Part shown: positions 1-10,242 of the stretch, piece by piece
Layout: every line of letters starts with the position of its first letter
How positions within the stretch are numbered: the stretch's first letter is position 1
Source: an uncultured Ignavibacteriales bacterium
Lineage (GTDB): Bacteria > Zixibacteria > MSB-5A5 > GN15 > FEB-12
NCBI GenBank assembly: GCA_964464605.1
Contig: CAYXJN010000004.1
Location: 124,001-188,000 of the forward strand
Direction of reading: 5' to 3'
DNA length: 64,000 bases
The notes under the pieces: model-generated
Told to the model about the DNA's origin: nothing
The model's database searches: none
Seen by the model: only the letters and a program-made list of their open reading frames with translations
Program-made: the position numbers and the translations under genes

Positions 1-1
1 C

Positions 2-448
2 ATTCCCGCCGGGCCGGGGGTGCGGGTGGATGCCGGTGTCGTTATCTATAATGAAATTCCGATTTATTATGACCCGATGATCGCCAAGCTGATTGTCTGG
101 GGACATGACCGAAACGAAGCAATCGCCCGCACCAAACGAGCCCTTGAAGAGTTCCGCGTTTCCGGTTTGAAAACAACGATCAGTTTTCATCGCACGATTA
201 TGGATAACGCCAAATTTATTGCCGGCGATTTATCGACCCGATTTCTGGAAGAGGAATACCCGAACAATAGATATTATCATATCGATGAGGAAACTACAGA
301 AGCTGCTGCGCTGGCGGTAGCACTCGATAAATATGTCAAAGAGCGTAGGTTGCGGCTCGACACGCATGACGGCGGTACGCGGGAAGTTTCTAACTGGGCG
401 AAAACTCATCGCCGTACCGCAATGAATCCGCAAGAGGATACCAAATAA
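2..448 (+). CDS. Acyl-CoA (propionyl/acetyl-CoA) carboxylase biotin carboxylase subunit, C-terminal part (5' truncated by window edge)
   Basis: GPGVRVDAG..YYDPMIAKLIVWG.DR.EAI.R..RAL biotin carboxylase C-terminal motif; next to BCCP and mutase. Confidence 0.9.
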   Translation: MPAGPGVRVDAGVVIYNEIPIYYDPMIAKLIVWGHDRNEAIARTKRALEEFRVSGLKTTISFHRTIMDNAKFIAGDLSTRFLEEEYPNNRYYHIDEETTEAAALAVALDKYVKERRLRLDTHDGGTREVSNWAKTHRRTAMNPQEDTK

Positions 449-960
449 TGCGCCGGTATCTTGTCACGATAAACGAAAAAGAGTTTACGATCGATATCGA
501 CTATCGCTCGGAACGCTATTTCGCCACGATAAAAGGTAAACTTGTTGAAATCGATTTAACGATTTTGGGCGAAAGCCGTTCCTTAATGGTTGCCGATAAT
601 CATGCCTGGGAAGTCGATATCCAAAGCAGCGGCTACGACACGCAGCGCGTAGTCTTTATGCGCGGTATGGAAATTCCGGTTGAAGTTGAAGATTACGCAC
701 TTGCACAGTTGCGCAAGCATGCGGGAGTAAAATCCGGAGCGGTTGTTGCCAAAGTAGTCAAAGCCCCGATGCCGGGATTAGTGCTCAGTGTAAAAGTCCA
801 ACCTGGCGACAAAGTCGCCAAAGGTCAGCCGTTACTTGTCGTTGAAGCGATGAAAATGGAGAACATTATCAAGTCTCAGGCCGACGGTGTTATCAAATCA
901 GTCCATATCAAAAACGGACAGGCTGTTGAAAAGAATGATAAGTTGGTGGAGTTTCAGTAA
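448..960 (+). CDS. Biotin carboxyl carrier protein
   Basis: APMPG...EAMKMEN biotinylation motif. Confidence 0.93.
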   Translation: MRRYLVTINEKEFTIDIDYRSERYFATIKGKLVEIDLTILGESRSLMVADNHAWEVDIQSSGYDTQRVVFMRGMEIPVEVEDYALAQLRKHAGVKSGAVVAKVVKAPMPGLVLSVKVQPGDKVAKGQPLLVVEAMKMENIIKSQADGVIKSVHIKNGQAVEKNDKLVEFQ

Positions 961-962
961 CC

Positions 963-2546
963 ATGCCGCCCAAGAAGGAACAAACAACTTCGGGCATCGA
1001 TGTTCCGGTCGTTCTGACTGAAAAAGATATCTCAACTGATCAAAACAGGCGTGGCCTGTTACCGGGACAATTTCCGTATACGCGCGGGATTTATCCCGAT
1101 ATGTATCGCGGACGACCCTGGACAATGCGCCAGTACGCCGGTTTCGGTACCGCCAGCGAAACAAACAAACGATTCAAGTATCTCTTACAAGCCGGGCAAA
1201 CCGGTTTATCGGTTGCCTTCGATTTAGCCACGCAGATCGGATATGATTCGGATCATGCGATGGCCAAAGGGGAAGTCGGCCGCACCGGTGTCGCGATTGA
1301 TTCTTTGAAAGATATGGAAACCCTCTTTGCGGGTATTAGTTTGGATAAGGTTTCGACTTCCATGACAATCAATTCCACCGCGGTAATTCTGCTGGCTATG
1401 TATATCGCAGTCGGAAAAAAACAGGGTGTGAAACCGGAACAGCTAATGGGGACGGTGCAAAATGATCTGCTGAAAGAGTTTATTGCGCGCGGAACCTATA
1501 TTTTGCCGCCACAACCGTCGATGCGCATCATCACTGATATTTTTGCATACGCGAATACCAACTTACCGAAATACAATACTATCTCGATTTCCGGGTACCA
1601 TATCCGTGAAGCCGGTGCGACTGCATCGCAGGAAGCCGCTTTTACGTTGTCCAATGCTATCGCCTATGTCGAAGCGGCATTGCAAGCGGGACTTGATATC
1701 GATGATTTCGCCCCCCGGTTATCGTTCTTTTTCGTCGCCTATAATGACTTGTTTGAAGAAGTTGCCAAGTTTCGGGCGGCGCGCCGTATTTGGGCCGATA
1801 TCGTAAAAACGCGGTTCAAAGCCAAAAGTGAAAAATCGATGCTGTTACGCTTTCACACCCAAACTGGCGGCTCTACCCTTACGGCACAGCAGCCGGAGAA
1901 CAATATTGTCCGGACGACGGTACAAGCATTGTCGGCGGTTTTGGGCGGAACACAGTCGCTGCATACTAATTCCTTCGACGAGGCCTTAGGTTTACCGACG
2001 GCGGAATCGGCGCAGATAGCGCTCCGCACCCAGCAGATTTTGGCTGAGGAATCCGGTGTCAGCCGGACAGCCGATCCGCTTGCCGGGTCATATTATGTAG
2101 AATACCTTACCGACGAGATCGAAAAGAAAATTCGGGATTTGATGGCGGAAATCGAAAAGCTTGGTGGCTCGATTGCCTGCGTGGAAACCGGCTGGTTTCG
2201 TGAACAGATTGCCAAATCCGCCTATGAATACCAGCAGCGAGTAGAACGCGGTGAACTAACCGTAGTCGGCGTGAACCGATATACCGCCCAGGAAGTAGAA
2301 CAGGTACCGGAGATATTAAAAGTTGATGCCGAGCTGGAACGGAAGCAAATTGTCGAACTGAAACAGCTGCGCAGTACCCGTGACGCCAAACGAGTCAGCG
2401 AATCGTTACAGCGGATCGAGGCTGCCTGTCGGACCAATGAAAATGTCGTACCGCCAGTTATTGCGGCGGTTGAAGTATACGCAACGTTAGGAGAAATTGC
2501 CGATGTCTTTCGAACTGTTTGGGGAGAGTATCATGCTCGCGCGTAA
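963..2546 (+). CDS. Methylmalonyl-CoA mutase, substrate-binding (large) subunit
   Basis: [40 protein letters not shown] motifs; no C-terminal DxHxxG B12-binding domain. Confidence 0.95.
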   Translation: MPPKKEQTTSGIDVPVVLTEKDISTDQNRRGLLPGQFPYTRGIYPDMYRGRPWTMRQYAGFGTASETNKRFKYLLQAGQTGLSVAFDLATQIGYDSDHAMAKGEVGRTGVAIDSLKDMETLFAGISLDKVSTSMTINSTAVILLAMYIAVGKKQGVKPEQLMGTVQNDLLKEFIARGTYILPPQPSMRIITDIFAYANTNLPKYNTISISGYHIREAGATASQEAAFTLSNAIAYVEAALQAGLDIDDFAPRLSFFFVAYNDLFEEVAKFRAARRIWADIVKTRFKAKSEKSMLLRFHTQTGGSTLTAQQPENNIVRTTVQALSAVLGGTQSLHTNSFDEALGLPTAESAQIALRTQQILAEESGVSRTADPLAGSYYVEYLTDEIEKKIRDLMAEIEKLGGSIACVETGWFREQIAKSAYEYQQRVERGELTVVGVNRYTAQEVEQVPEILKVDAELERKQIVELKQLRSTRDAKRVSESLQRIEAACRTNENVVPPVIAAVEVYATLGEIADVFRTVWGEYHARA

Positions 2547-3078
2547 ATTACACGCCTTTGCCATACTTGCTTTGCTTGTCTTCGTGAGCTGTTCCGGCAA
2601 CAAAGAGTCGGCAAAACCGGATACAAAACCGGAAAATGCAAATCCGGTTTCATATAAAAGCCGGTTAGCAAAAATACCGGAAAACGGCACTCTTGAAGAT
2701 ACGTTGTCATTCTGGATTAATGAAGCGATGGAGCGCCTCAAATACGGTGACAAAACCGCTTTCTACGAAAATGAACTGCAGTATTACACCGATGAGCACA
2801 CGCTGGATGAATACCTGCGCATTCCTGAAATCAAACGGGTTCAGAACGATTCTTTGGACCACGTCGACGTGCTCGGTCTTATCCGGTTTCCGAAAGACTC
2901 TGTGTTCGTAGATGTCATGGTCTATTTTAACGGGAAAAAGGGACCGCGTGAACTGCGGGATACGATTCCGATGTATTACCACAACGGAAGATGGCGCCGC
3001 GCCTATGTATCCCGGTTCGGTTTTCAGGTCGAATATGATCAGTTGATCGAGCAGGCGAAAAAGGATGCCGGCAAATAG
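2533..3078 (+). CDS. Hypothetical lipoprotein
   Basis: ATG at 2533 overlaps mutase end; hydrophobic signal with lipobox FVSC. Confidence 0.7.
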   Translation: MLARKLHAFAILALLVFVSCSGNKESAKPDTKPENANPVSYKSRLAKIPENGTLEDTLSFWINEAMERLKYGDKTAFYENELQYYTDEHTLDEYLRIPEIKRVQNDSLDHVDVLGLIRFPKDSVFVDVMVYFNGKKGPRELRDTIPMYYHNGRWRRAYVSRFGFQVEYDQLIEQAKKDAGK

Positions 3079-3089
3079 AGTGTCTTACG

Positions 3090-3512
3090 ATGGCTGATTC
3101 TTTGCTGTCGCATATCGGTATAGCAGTCGCAGATCTGGAGGCGGCAATACCGGCATGGTCTTTCCTCACCGGAGATACCAATCCATTCATTGAAGAAGTC
3201 GCCGATCAGCACGTTCGAGTCGCAATATTCTCACGCAAAAACGGTGACGGCTCGAAATCGCACGGCAGGGTTGAATTAGTAGCGGCGACAGCGCCTGAAA
3301 GCCCGATCGCCAAGTACATTGCTCGTAAGGGAGAGGGGCTGCATCATATTTGCGTCTACGTCGATGATATCGATAAAAAAATCGCGGAACTGCGCGCGAA
3401 CGGCGTCAAGTTAATCGATGAAACCCCGCGAATCGGCGCCGAGGGAAAGCGGATTGCCTTTGTGCATCCGGTCAATGCGAATGGTGTATTGATTGAGTTA
3501 GAAGAACGGTAG
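3090..3512 (+). CDS. mce: Methylmalonyl-CoA epimerase
   Basis: HIGIAV, GEGLHHI, GAEGKRIAFVHP, GVLIELEE VOC-family motifs; mutase context. Confidence 0.93.
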   Translation: MADSLLSHIGIAVADLEAAIPAWSFLTGDTNPFIEEVADQHVRVAIFSRKNGDGSKSHGRVELVAATAPESPIAKYIARKGEGLHHICVYVDDIDKKIAELRANGVKLIDETPRIGAEGKRIAFVHPVNANGVLIELEER

Positions 3513-3520
3513 TAGCTTCG

Positions 3521-3865
3521 CTACTTTTTTGACGGGAAGTTTCGCTTTAGACATTCAGTTACAATTTCAATTCGTTCACTGACAAAAGCCTCTTTTGTAC
3601 TTACAGGACTGAAGACAAATTGACGGCTTTCCTTTTGTTTCGCCAATAATCCCTTAGAAGCAAGATTAGTGAGTATCGTGATGATGGTCGTATGTGCCCG
3701 TTGCGGTCCGTTTTCTAAAAATAGCTGAAGTCGTTTGGCGGTGAGTGGTCCCTTTTTCCAGAGAATTTCCATTACTTCGCTTTCAGTCGGTCCCAAAAAA
3801 ACCGCCAGTCCTTTGGCGGAGGGATCGAAGTAAAACCCGTTCCGCGTCTCTTTTAACTCAGCCAT
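3521..3865 (-). CDS. BlaI/MecI/CopY-family transcriptional regulator
   Basis: LGPTESEVMEILW...AHTTIITILTNLASKGLL winged-helix pattern. Confidence 0.85.
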   Translation of the reverse strand: MAELKETRNGFYFDPSAKGLAVFLGPTESEVMEILWKKGPLTAKRLQLFLENGPQRAHTTIITILTNLASKGLLAKQKESRQFVFSPVSTKEAFVSERIEIVTECLKRNFPSKK

Positions 3866-4013
3866 TTTTCCGTTTATTGCTCATGACCATGGAAGCGCCG
3901 ACAGCGATAATGATGATCGGCCAGAGATAGCCCCAGATACCGCCGCGAATGATTCCCATATGCTGTAAAAGCATCAGGACGCCGAACAGAATTAACCCGA
4001 TTCCAATCCACAT
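3858..4013 (-). CDS. Small membrane protein, DUF5668/LiaF-TM-like (51 aa, not in ORF track)
   Basis: Hand-translated MWIGIGLILFGVLMLLQHMGIIRGGIWGYLWPIIIIAVGASMVMSNKRKNG; GGAGG RBS upstream; stop overlaps the BlaI start. Confidence 0.75.
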   Translation of the reverse strand: MWIGIGLILFGVLMLLQHMGIIRGGIWGYLWPIIIIAVGASMVMSNKRKNG

Positions 4014-4088
4014 ATATCCATCTCCTCCAATATTGTCTTGTGAACTATAGAAAAGATACGATGAGGGGACAAGTTAGAAATGAACGAC

Positions 4089-4562
4089 TCAGTGCCGCCG
4101 GATAATGCGAAGCCGGTCGACGACGATACCGGCGATTGCTTCCAGCATCTCTTTGTCGGCCTGCTTGAAATGGGACGGCTGGTTGGAGTCGATATCGATT
4201 TCCCCCAGGACAGTTGCGCCGTCCATGAGCGGTACGACAATCTCCGAACGGGTCGATATTGAGCAAGCTAAAAAGCGGGGGTCGGCGTTGACATCATCGA
4301 CAATGATCGACTGTTGATCCCGCGCTGCCGCTCCGCATATACCTTTGGAGAGTTCGATACGCGTGTGCGGCGTTTCCGGTCCCACATAAGGGCCAACTTC
4401 AAGGTAGCCATCCTTCATCAAGTAAAAGCCGGTCCAGTTGAAATGCTCGGAAAATCCGTCAATCAGCTCCACTACTGTTTTTAAAACGGCAGTTTCGTTA
4501 CCGTTATTGGCGATAGCGATGCGGATATTATCGATCAGTTGTTTGCGGCGGTCATCAATCAT
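4089..4562 (-). CDS. GAF-domain protein, free methionine-R-sulfoxide reductase-like
   Basis: FNWTGFY, GICGAAA, LACS...SEIVVP, GEIDIDS motifs. Confidence 0.82.
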   Translation of the reverse strand: MIDDRRKQLIDNIRIAIANNGNETAVLKTVVELIDGFSEHFNWTGFYLMKDGYLEVGPYVGPETPHTRIELSKGICGAAARDQQSIIVDDVNADPRFLACSISTRSEIVVPLMDGATVLGEIDIDSNQPSHFKQADKEMLEAIAGIVVDRLRIIRRH

Positions 4563-5560
4563 AGTCGTTCTCGTAGGGCAAGCAGGTTCTCCAGTTTGGT
4601 TTTCGGGTCAATCGTACAACCCGGACCAAATATAAGTCGTTTTGACGAAAATCGCTCTTTTAATCGATCGACCTGATACTGAATTTCATCCGGCTCACTA
4701 TGCAGAAACCATCCCCTGTGATCCATCCCGCCGACAGCCACTTTTTTGCCGAGCATCGGTTCCGCCCGGTCGATCGGCAAATTCGTCGGCTCGCTGGCAT
4801 CCCAATTTACCAACTGGCACGGATACGGCTGTTCTAAAAGCTTTGCTAAAAACGTATCAGTGCCGCAAACATGGAAAAGGTTTAGTGCATCACTGCCGGT
4901 TGCATGGGCCACTTCCAAATCGAAAGGAAGGCCGAAGCGCTGATATGCTTCCCATGTCAGTACTGTTCGAGAAGCCCACGAAGTTGTCGCTAAAAATATC
5001 CCATCTGCTCCGGCATTGCGGAGTTCTTCCACATATTTTTTGTATGTATCAGTAATGACTCGAAGCGCACGCAGCAGCCGTTCCGGTTCCTTCTGTAGCT
5101 GTTCGACCAGTATCTGGTCATTTGGCACCATTCTTCCGGCTACACCGAGTGGAGTGAAGATGGTCATTAATACGGGGAGTTCTTTCCCGACTTCTTTTCG
5201 TATGCGGGAAACTGCGGTCAGGTGATCTCCCAGCACACCGCTCGTGACATTAAGCGGTTTGAGGCTGTCCCAATCGCTGATGCTATTTATAGGGAAAGCG
5301 GTTTTAGTGTGCCGCTCGAATTCGCTTTTGGAGTAGATTTGTTTGAGTCCCCAGTCTTCGACATGGTAGTCAGCGCGGGGGTTGATTTTCATGAAATCCC
5401 AGTCGCATCGCTTCTGGAAATGCACCATCGCTTCGACTAAGCCGTCGATAGTCGATTCCATATGAAAAAAATGTCGCCAGATCGATGCTGCGAATCGATC
5501 CGGCGTTTCACCGGCACAAATTGCCGTTATTCGTTCTCGATGTGAAAGTTTCTCGGCCAT
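4559..5560 (-). CDS. Uroporphyrinogen decarboxylase-family protein (UroD/MtaA-like)
   Basis: WRHF, TIFTP, AGADGIF, HVCG, VNWD, IFGPGC pattern. Confidence 0.75.
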   Translation of the reverse strand: MAEKLSHRERITAICAGETPDRFAASIWRHFFHMESTIDGLVEAMVHFQKRCDWDFMKINPRADYHVEDWGLKQIYSKSEFERHTKTAFPINSISDWDSLKPLNVTSGVLGDHLTAVSRIRKEVGKELPVLMTIFTPLGVAGRMVPNDQILVEQLQKEPERLLRALRVITDTYKKYVEELRNAGADGIFLATTSWASRTVLTWEAYQRFGLPFDLEVAHATGSDALNLFHVCGTDTFLAKLLEQPYPCQLVNWDASEPTNLPIDRAEPMLGKKVAVGGMDHRGWFLHSEPDEIQYQVDRLKERFSSKRLIFGPGCTIDPKTKLENLLALRERL

Positions 5561-5615
5561 ATCAGTACGCTGAATATAGCCGAGAAACAGAGTGTCGTCT
5601 AATCTTTATTGCCGC

Positions 5616-6491
5616 TTATTTTTCTTCAGAAGCTGTCAGGCTGCCGTCACCGACCAGCGGGAAATAACCGACTTTGGTGATCAATGCCTGTCCTTCCGGA
5701 GATAAGACATAATCAACGAAAGTCTTGACATCACCGGAGGGTTTGTTTCTGGTGTACCAGTTCAGATACCGCCAGATTGGATAGCTGCCGTCGGCAACCG
5801 TTGCAGCGCTTGGTTCAATTGCCGGGGCATTCGCATCCCGTTTGATTTTTGCGAACTTCACACCTTTTGCATAGGCCGCGCCCCCATAGCCGATACCGAA
5901 TTTATCATTCGCAACGGCGTTTACGACTGCAGCAGTTCCCGGTAAGGTTTGGGTTTCCGGTGCGAAATCTTTTCCTTTGAGCACATGATCCATGAAGAAA
6001 ACATAGGTACCGGAACTATTCTCACGACCGTACAGAATAATCCGCGCATCCGGTCCGCCAATTTCTTTCCAGTTCATGATCTTTCCGGTGTAAATCGCTT
6101 CAAGTTGCTGCATCGTTAATTCGGTTACCGGATTGTCGGCATGCAGGAAGACTGCAAGACCATCTTTCGCTACCTGAATTTCATAACCGAGCGTATTGAA
6201 ACGATCACGGAGTTTTTCTTTTTCCGACTGTTTCATCGGGCGTGATGCCTGCGCGATATCGGTCGTGCCGTTAATCAGCGCGGCCAGTCCGGTTCCGGTT
6301 CCGCCGCCGCTCATTTGAATGGCGATTTCCGGATTCTTTTTCATAAATTCTTCAGCCCAGCGCTGGCCGAGAATTACCATCGTATCTGAACCTTTGACGG
6401 TAATCGACTTTCTGCTCAGCGCTGCGCCGTTGTACATAACCAATAAGCCGAGCGCGAAAAGCCCCAGCGTGGTAATCAGTTTCCGTTTCAT
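5616..6491 (-). CDS. pstS: Phosphate ABC transporter substrate-binding protein
   Basis: KGSDT, GGGTGTG, DIAQASR, RENSSGT, YPIWRYL motifs. Confidence 0.92.
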   Translation of the reverse strand: MKRKLITTLGLFALGLLVMYNGAALSRKSITVKGSDTMVILGQRWAEEFMKKNPEIAIQMSGGGTGTGLAALINGTTDIAQASRPMKQSEKEKLRDRFNTLGYEIQVAKDGLAVFLHADNPVTELTMQQLEAIYTGKIMNWKEIGGPDARIILYGRENSSGTYVFFMDHVLKGKDFAPETQTLPGTAAVVNAVANDKFGIGYGGAAYAKGVKFAKIKRDANAPAIEPSAATVADGSYPIWRYLNWYTRNKPSGDVKTFVDYVLSPEGQALITKVGYFPLVGDGSLTASEEK

Positions 6492-6515
6492 TTTTATAGT
6501 CCTTATTGCAAACTT

Positions 6516-7763
6516 TTAGAATACAAACAAGCTTTGCAGTCGAATGGTGTTATCTTTTTTGTCTTTCGAGCCGTTGATGGTTTCATCCTTCGGCATGATA
6601 TATTCAAGTGAAAGACGGGTGTTGCTGTCCCAATAGTGATGGAACACGATCGAATGTTGATTCACTTTATCCCCTTTTTTAGCTTCAGCCGTATTCGGGT
6701 CCCAGCTGTCGAAGCGATACGCGAATCCGAACTTGGTGGTCAGCTGTTGTGACAGCCAAACATAGTATCCAAGAAAACGGGTGTCAGCAGTTCCGACGCC
6801 GAATCCCTGAAAATATTCTGCGCGAATAGCTGTTCCGCCGGCCGGAATCAGATCGAAGTATGCTTGGGCATCGACGCCTCGGCGCACTTTCTCGAAGATG
6901 TTTGAATTCTTAGCGCTGACGTAGCTCACTTCACCGGAATCGATAACGCCGTTTCTATTGCCGTCGGACCAGGTTGAACTGAAAGCAACCGGATCGACAT
7001 ATACCTCACCGCTGTAATAGGAAGCACCCACGTAATAGTTCTTCCAATTCACGCGTACGCGGCCGATAGCATCTTTCGGTTTGGTAAAATCCTGCCAATC
7101 GGTTGAGCCGGTGCCGTTGATGCCGCGACCCTGTAGCATTGCTGCGTTGAATTTTACTGAGAATTCATTTCTTGAAAAGTCGAAATTCAAATTTGCTCCA
7201 CGATCCCGTTCGCCGGGGAAAAGCGCCTGCTCGGCAAGGCTGCGCTCACCGAAATCACGTTTCGATGAGGAGTATTCAATTTCGTACCCGAACGGGACAT
7301 TGAATTGTCCGAAGGTCAAATCGGCAACTGCTGTACCATCCGATTTCAGTTTCTTGTATAACTGTCCGTACGCTTCCAGCACGGTTGGAAATCCGGAACG
7401 GCCGAAATTCAGATAGAATACATATTTGCTGGTTAACGGCGCCGGTTCATAGGCGATTTTTAAGCGGGCACGGCGCACATAAAAATTATTTCCGAATGAG
7501 GAAATAGCGGTGTTTTTCGATTCATTATCCAAAGCACTTCGTGACCGGTCGGAATAGTCATACCGAACCTGCATATACCCGGTCAGTTTGATCTTTTTCA
7601 GCCCGGTGACATCGGTCAACAGGGTCTGCAGCGGTTCTTTGATACCGTCCACTTCATCTTCAACCGCTTCAACTCGTTTCGACAGGGAATCCTCTTGTGC
7701 CTGAGTGACTTGTCCCAGGGTCAAGAAGATTGCGGCAAGCAATATTGCCGGTTTAATTCGCAT
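6516..7763 (-). CDS. Phosphate-selective porin (OprO/OprP-like)
   Basis: Signal peptide, FYVRRARLK, GQFNVPFG, C-terminal Phe; directly upstream of pstS. Confidence 0.75.
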   Translation of the reverse strand: MRIKPAILLAAIFLTLGQVTQAQEDSLSKRVEAVEDEVDGIKEPLQTLLTDVTGLKKIKLTGYMQVRYDYSDRSRSALDNESKNTAISSFGNNFYVRRARLKIAYEPAPLTSKYVFYLNFGRSGFPTVLEAYGQLYKKLKSDGTAVADLTFGQFNVPFGYEIEYSSSKRDFGERSLAEQALFPGERDRGANLNFDFSRNEFSVKFNAAMLQGRGINGTGSTDWQDFTKPKDAIGRVRVNWKNYYVGASYYSGEVYVDPVAFSSTWSDGNRNGVIDSGEVSYVSAKNSNIFEKVRRGVDAQAYFDLIPAGGTAIRAEYFQGFGVGTADTRFLGYYVWLSQQLTTKFGFAYRFDSWDPNTAEAKKGDKVNQHSIVFHHYWDSNTRLSLEYIMPKDETINGSKDKKDNTIRLQSLFVF

Positions 7764-7831
7764 GGTACTCCTTTACGTTAGGTCGTTATTGTCTGTCGCG
7801 GGTCAAGAATCGATTTGGAGTATTTTCCGAA

Positions 7832-7888
7832 CATGAAGGATTTGTTAGAAAATGGTTAATCTTTAGGGTTTGGTTCAGATTTGGTGAT
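7832..7888 (-). promoter_or_regulatory. Putative Pho-box-like 11-nt tandem repeats
   Basis: Minus strand ATCACCAAATC-TGAACCAAACC...TTAACCATTTT-CTAACAAATCC-TTCATG upstream of porin-pstS. Confidence 0.45.
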
Positions 7889-7981
7889 GACTATCCGGGG
7901 AACCGAAAACTGAACCTTCCGGCCTTTTCTGCCGACACTTTCTGTTAGAAAGGCGGAATTACCAACAACTTGCCCACGACC

Positions 7982-9361
7982 ATGTCATCCAAGATTCTGA
8001 TAATCGACGACGAAGATTCCATGCGCAACATGATGGAAATTATGTTAGCCAAAGAAGGGTATCAGGTCGAAACAACCAATTCCCCCAAAAACGGCATTTC
8101 ACTGTTACGGGAAAAGAATTATGACCTCGTTATCGCCGATTTGCAGATGCCGGAAATGACCGGAATCGAAGTTCTCAAAGAGGTCAAATCATTCAAGCGG
8201 GACCAACACTTTATTGTGATGACCGCCTACGGTACGGTTGAAACCGCAATCGAAGCGATGAAACAGGGCGCAGCCGACTATATCACCAAGCCGTTCCAAG
8301 TCGATGAACTGAAGCTTTTGGTGGGTAACACCATCAACCGAAAAAAACTGATCGAAGAAAACAGCAATCTCAAACGCCAGCTTCAGCAGGGTAGTTCGTT
8401 CGATAATTTTATAGGTAACTCCGAAGCGGTCGTACAACTGAAAGCATTTGCCCGTAAAATTGCCGCAACCGATTCGACCGTGTTGATTCGCGGAGAATCC
8501 GGTACCGGTAAAGATCTGATTGCCCGCGCCATTCATAATCAATCTCCCCGCAGCAACGGCCCGTTCATTACTATCAACTGCGGTGCATTGCCGGAAACGC
8601 TCTTGGAATCGGAATTGTTCGGCTACAAAAAGGGCGCTTTCACCGGTGCGATAAAAGACAAGGATGGCTTGTTTAAGGTCGCCGATGGTGGCACGTTCTT
8701 TCTTGATGAAGTCGGGACAACCTCGTTATCGATTCAAGTCAAACTGCTCCGTGTATTGGAAGATCGCCGTATTACCCCGGTTGGAGACACAAAGCCGATC
8801 GATGTCGATGTCCGTCTCATAGCCGCGACTAATTCTGATTTAGAAGATGACGTTAAAAACGGCCGTTTCCGTGCGGATCTGTTTTATCGTTTGAATGTTA
8901 TTCCGATTCATGTTCCGGCTCTCCGTGAGCGAATCGAAGATATTCCGTTACTTGTTTCCGCTTTTGTCGAGCGCTTCTGCCGTAAATCGAAGATGTCGGC
9001 AAAAAGAATCGCCTCTGATGTTTTACGCGTATTATCGCAATATCACTGGCCGGGGAATGTTCGTGAGCTGGAAAACATTATCGAGCGGGCAGTTTTGCTG
9101 AATAAGGGGGAAGTACTCGAATTAGCTGATTTTCCGGAAAAACTGCTGACGACCCCTTCCGATACGCCTGCATCTGCGACAGCAATCCCTGCTACGCCGA
9201 CGCTTGAATCGATTGAAAAAGCATATATCCATTTTGTTATGACCCAAGCTGGCGGGAAAAAGAGCGAAGCGGCCAAAGTTTTGGGAATTGACCCGTCTAC
9301 ATTATATCGTAAGATCGAACGGTACCAGCTTACCGAGTTTTTGACCTCGAAAGAGAAGTAA
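7982..9361 (+). CDS. Sigma54-dependent response regulator (NtrC family, PilR-like)
   Basis: Receiver domain, GESGTGKD Walker A, GAFTGA, WPGNVRELEN, C-terminal Fis HTH; upstream of a pilin. Confidence 0.92.
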   Translation: MSSKILIIDDEDSMRNMMEIMLAKEGYQVETTNSPKNGISLLREKNYDLVIADLQMPEMTGIEVLKEVKSFKRDQHFIVMTAYGTVETAIEAMKQGAADYITKPFQVDELKLLVGNTINRKKLIEENSNLKRQLQQGSSFDNFIGNSEAVVQLKAFARKIAATDSTVLIRGESGTGKDLIARAIHNQSPRSNGPFITINCGALPETLLESELFGYKKGAFTGAIKDKDGLFKVADGGTFFLDEVGTTSLSIQVKLLRVLEDRRITPVGDTKPIDVDVRLIAATNSDLEDDVKNGRFRADLFYRLNVIPIHVPALRERIEDIPLLVSAFVERFCRKSKMSAKRIASDVLRVLSQYHWPGNVRELENIIERAVLLNKGEVLELADFPEKLLTTPSDTPASATAIPATPTLESIEKAYIHFVMTQAGGKKSEAAKVLGIDPSTLYRKIERYQLTEFLTSKEK

Positions 9362-9395
9362 AAAATATGGGGGCGTTCCCACACGCAGTTCACGG

Positions 9396-9414
9396 TTGCA
9401 TTTTGCAGTTTGCA
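9396..9414. promoter_or_regulatory. Candidate enhancer (UAS) for the sigma54 activator
   Basis: TTGCA-tt-TTGCA-gt-TTGCA about 120-140 nt upstream of the -24 element. Confidence 0.35.
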
Positions 9415-9535
9415 AGACTTTCCGGCCGTCAAAGGCAGTCAAACGCTGTGCAAACTTAGCAGAGAGTTTTAAAAATCGAAGGGACTTGATTGACAGCTAT
9501 ACGGTTACCAAACAGTTCAATCCGCGCCGAAGCTG

Positions 9536-9551
9536 TGGCACGCAGGTTGTA
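9536..9551 (+). promoter_or_regulatory. Sigma54 (-24/-12) promoter of the pilin gene
   Basis: TGGCAC-GCAGG-TTGTA versus consensus TGGCAC-N5-TTGCW. Confidence 0.7.
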
Positions 9552-9618
9552 TATACAGTTTCGTATGAAAAACTCGATAATAACAAAGACACCAAATAAA
9601 CCTACGAGGAGGTTAAAC

Positions 9619-10041
9619 ATGTTTACACGCAAGAACAATAATAAGGGTTTCACCCTTATTGAATTGATGATCGTGGTGGTCATTATCGGTATTTTGGCCG
9701 CGTTGGCTATCCCGCGTTTCATGACCGCTTCAACCCGCTCCAAGCAGGCTGAATGTCAGCAGATTCTGAAGCAGATCTACACCATGCAGCACACCTATCG
9801 TCAGGCTAACGGTACATATGGTGACGATGCTATCACTGTTGCTGCCAATGCCGGTGGTAACTTCACCGAAATCGGTGTGGAAGTTCAGACCAACAACCGC
9901 TATGAATACGAAATTGTTGCCGCTCAGAACACGTTTACCGCAACGGCTACTGCTAACCTCGACGACGATGCGACCGATGACGTTTGGACGATCGACGAAA
10001 CAGGCGCCCTGGTTTGCACCAGCAACGACGCTACTTCCTGA
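9619..10041 (+). CDS. pilA: Type IV major pilin
   Basis: GAGGAGG RBS; prepilin site KG|FTLIELMIVVVIIGILAALAIP; sigma54 promoter and terminator. Confidence 0.9.
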   Translation: MFTRKNNNKGFTLIELMIVVVIIGILAALAIPRFMTASTRSKQAECQQILKQIYTMQHTYRQANGTYGDDAITVAANAGGNFTEIGVEVQTNNRYEYEIVAAQNTFTATATANLDDDATDDVWTIDETGALVCTSNDATS

Positions 10042-10062
10042 TCTGCGTCACACTTGACTTAC

Positions 10063-10092
10063 AAAGGCGCTCCTTCGGAGCGCCTTTTTTTT
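10063..10092 (+). terminator. Rho-independent terminator after pilin
   Basis: AAAGGCGCTCC-TTC-GGAGCGCCTTT followed by T tract. Confidence 0.9.
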
Positions 10093-10106
10093 GTTTGGTC
10101 TTTCTT

Positions 10107-10174
10107 GTAGGTCAGGACTCCTGTAGTCCTGACATCTTTAATTAGGAGTCAGGAGCGCAGGGCTCCTGACCTAC
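10107..10174. repeat. Inverted pair of REP elements (REPIN-like)
   Basis: GTAG-GTCAGGAC-N7-GTCCTGAC (10107-10133) and reverse copy GTCAGGAGC-N5-GCTCCTGAC-CTAC (10148-10174). Confidence 0.88.
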
Positions 10175-10242
10175 AAAAGCTGACATCTTTCTTTCGCGTT
10201 AAAGTGATAATGTATCCGAAATAGTATCATATATTGATACGC

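Noticed and set aside
9649..10041. Electrically conductive (e-pilin) type pilin
   Set aside because: The mature pilin is about 130 aa with only about 10 F/Y/W residues and lacks the short Geobacter-type architecture.
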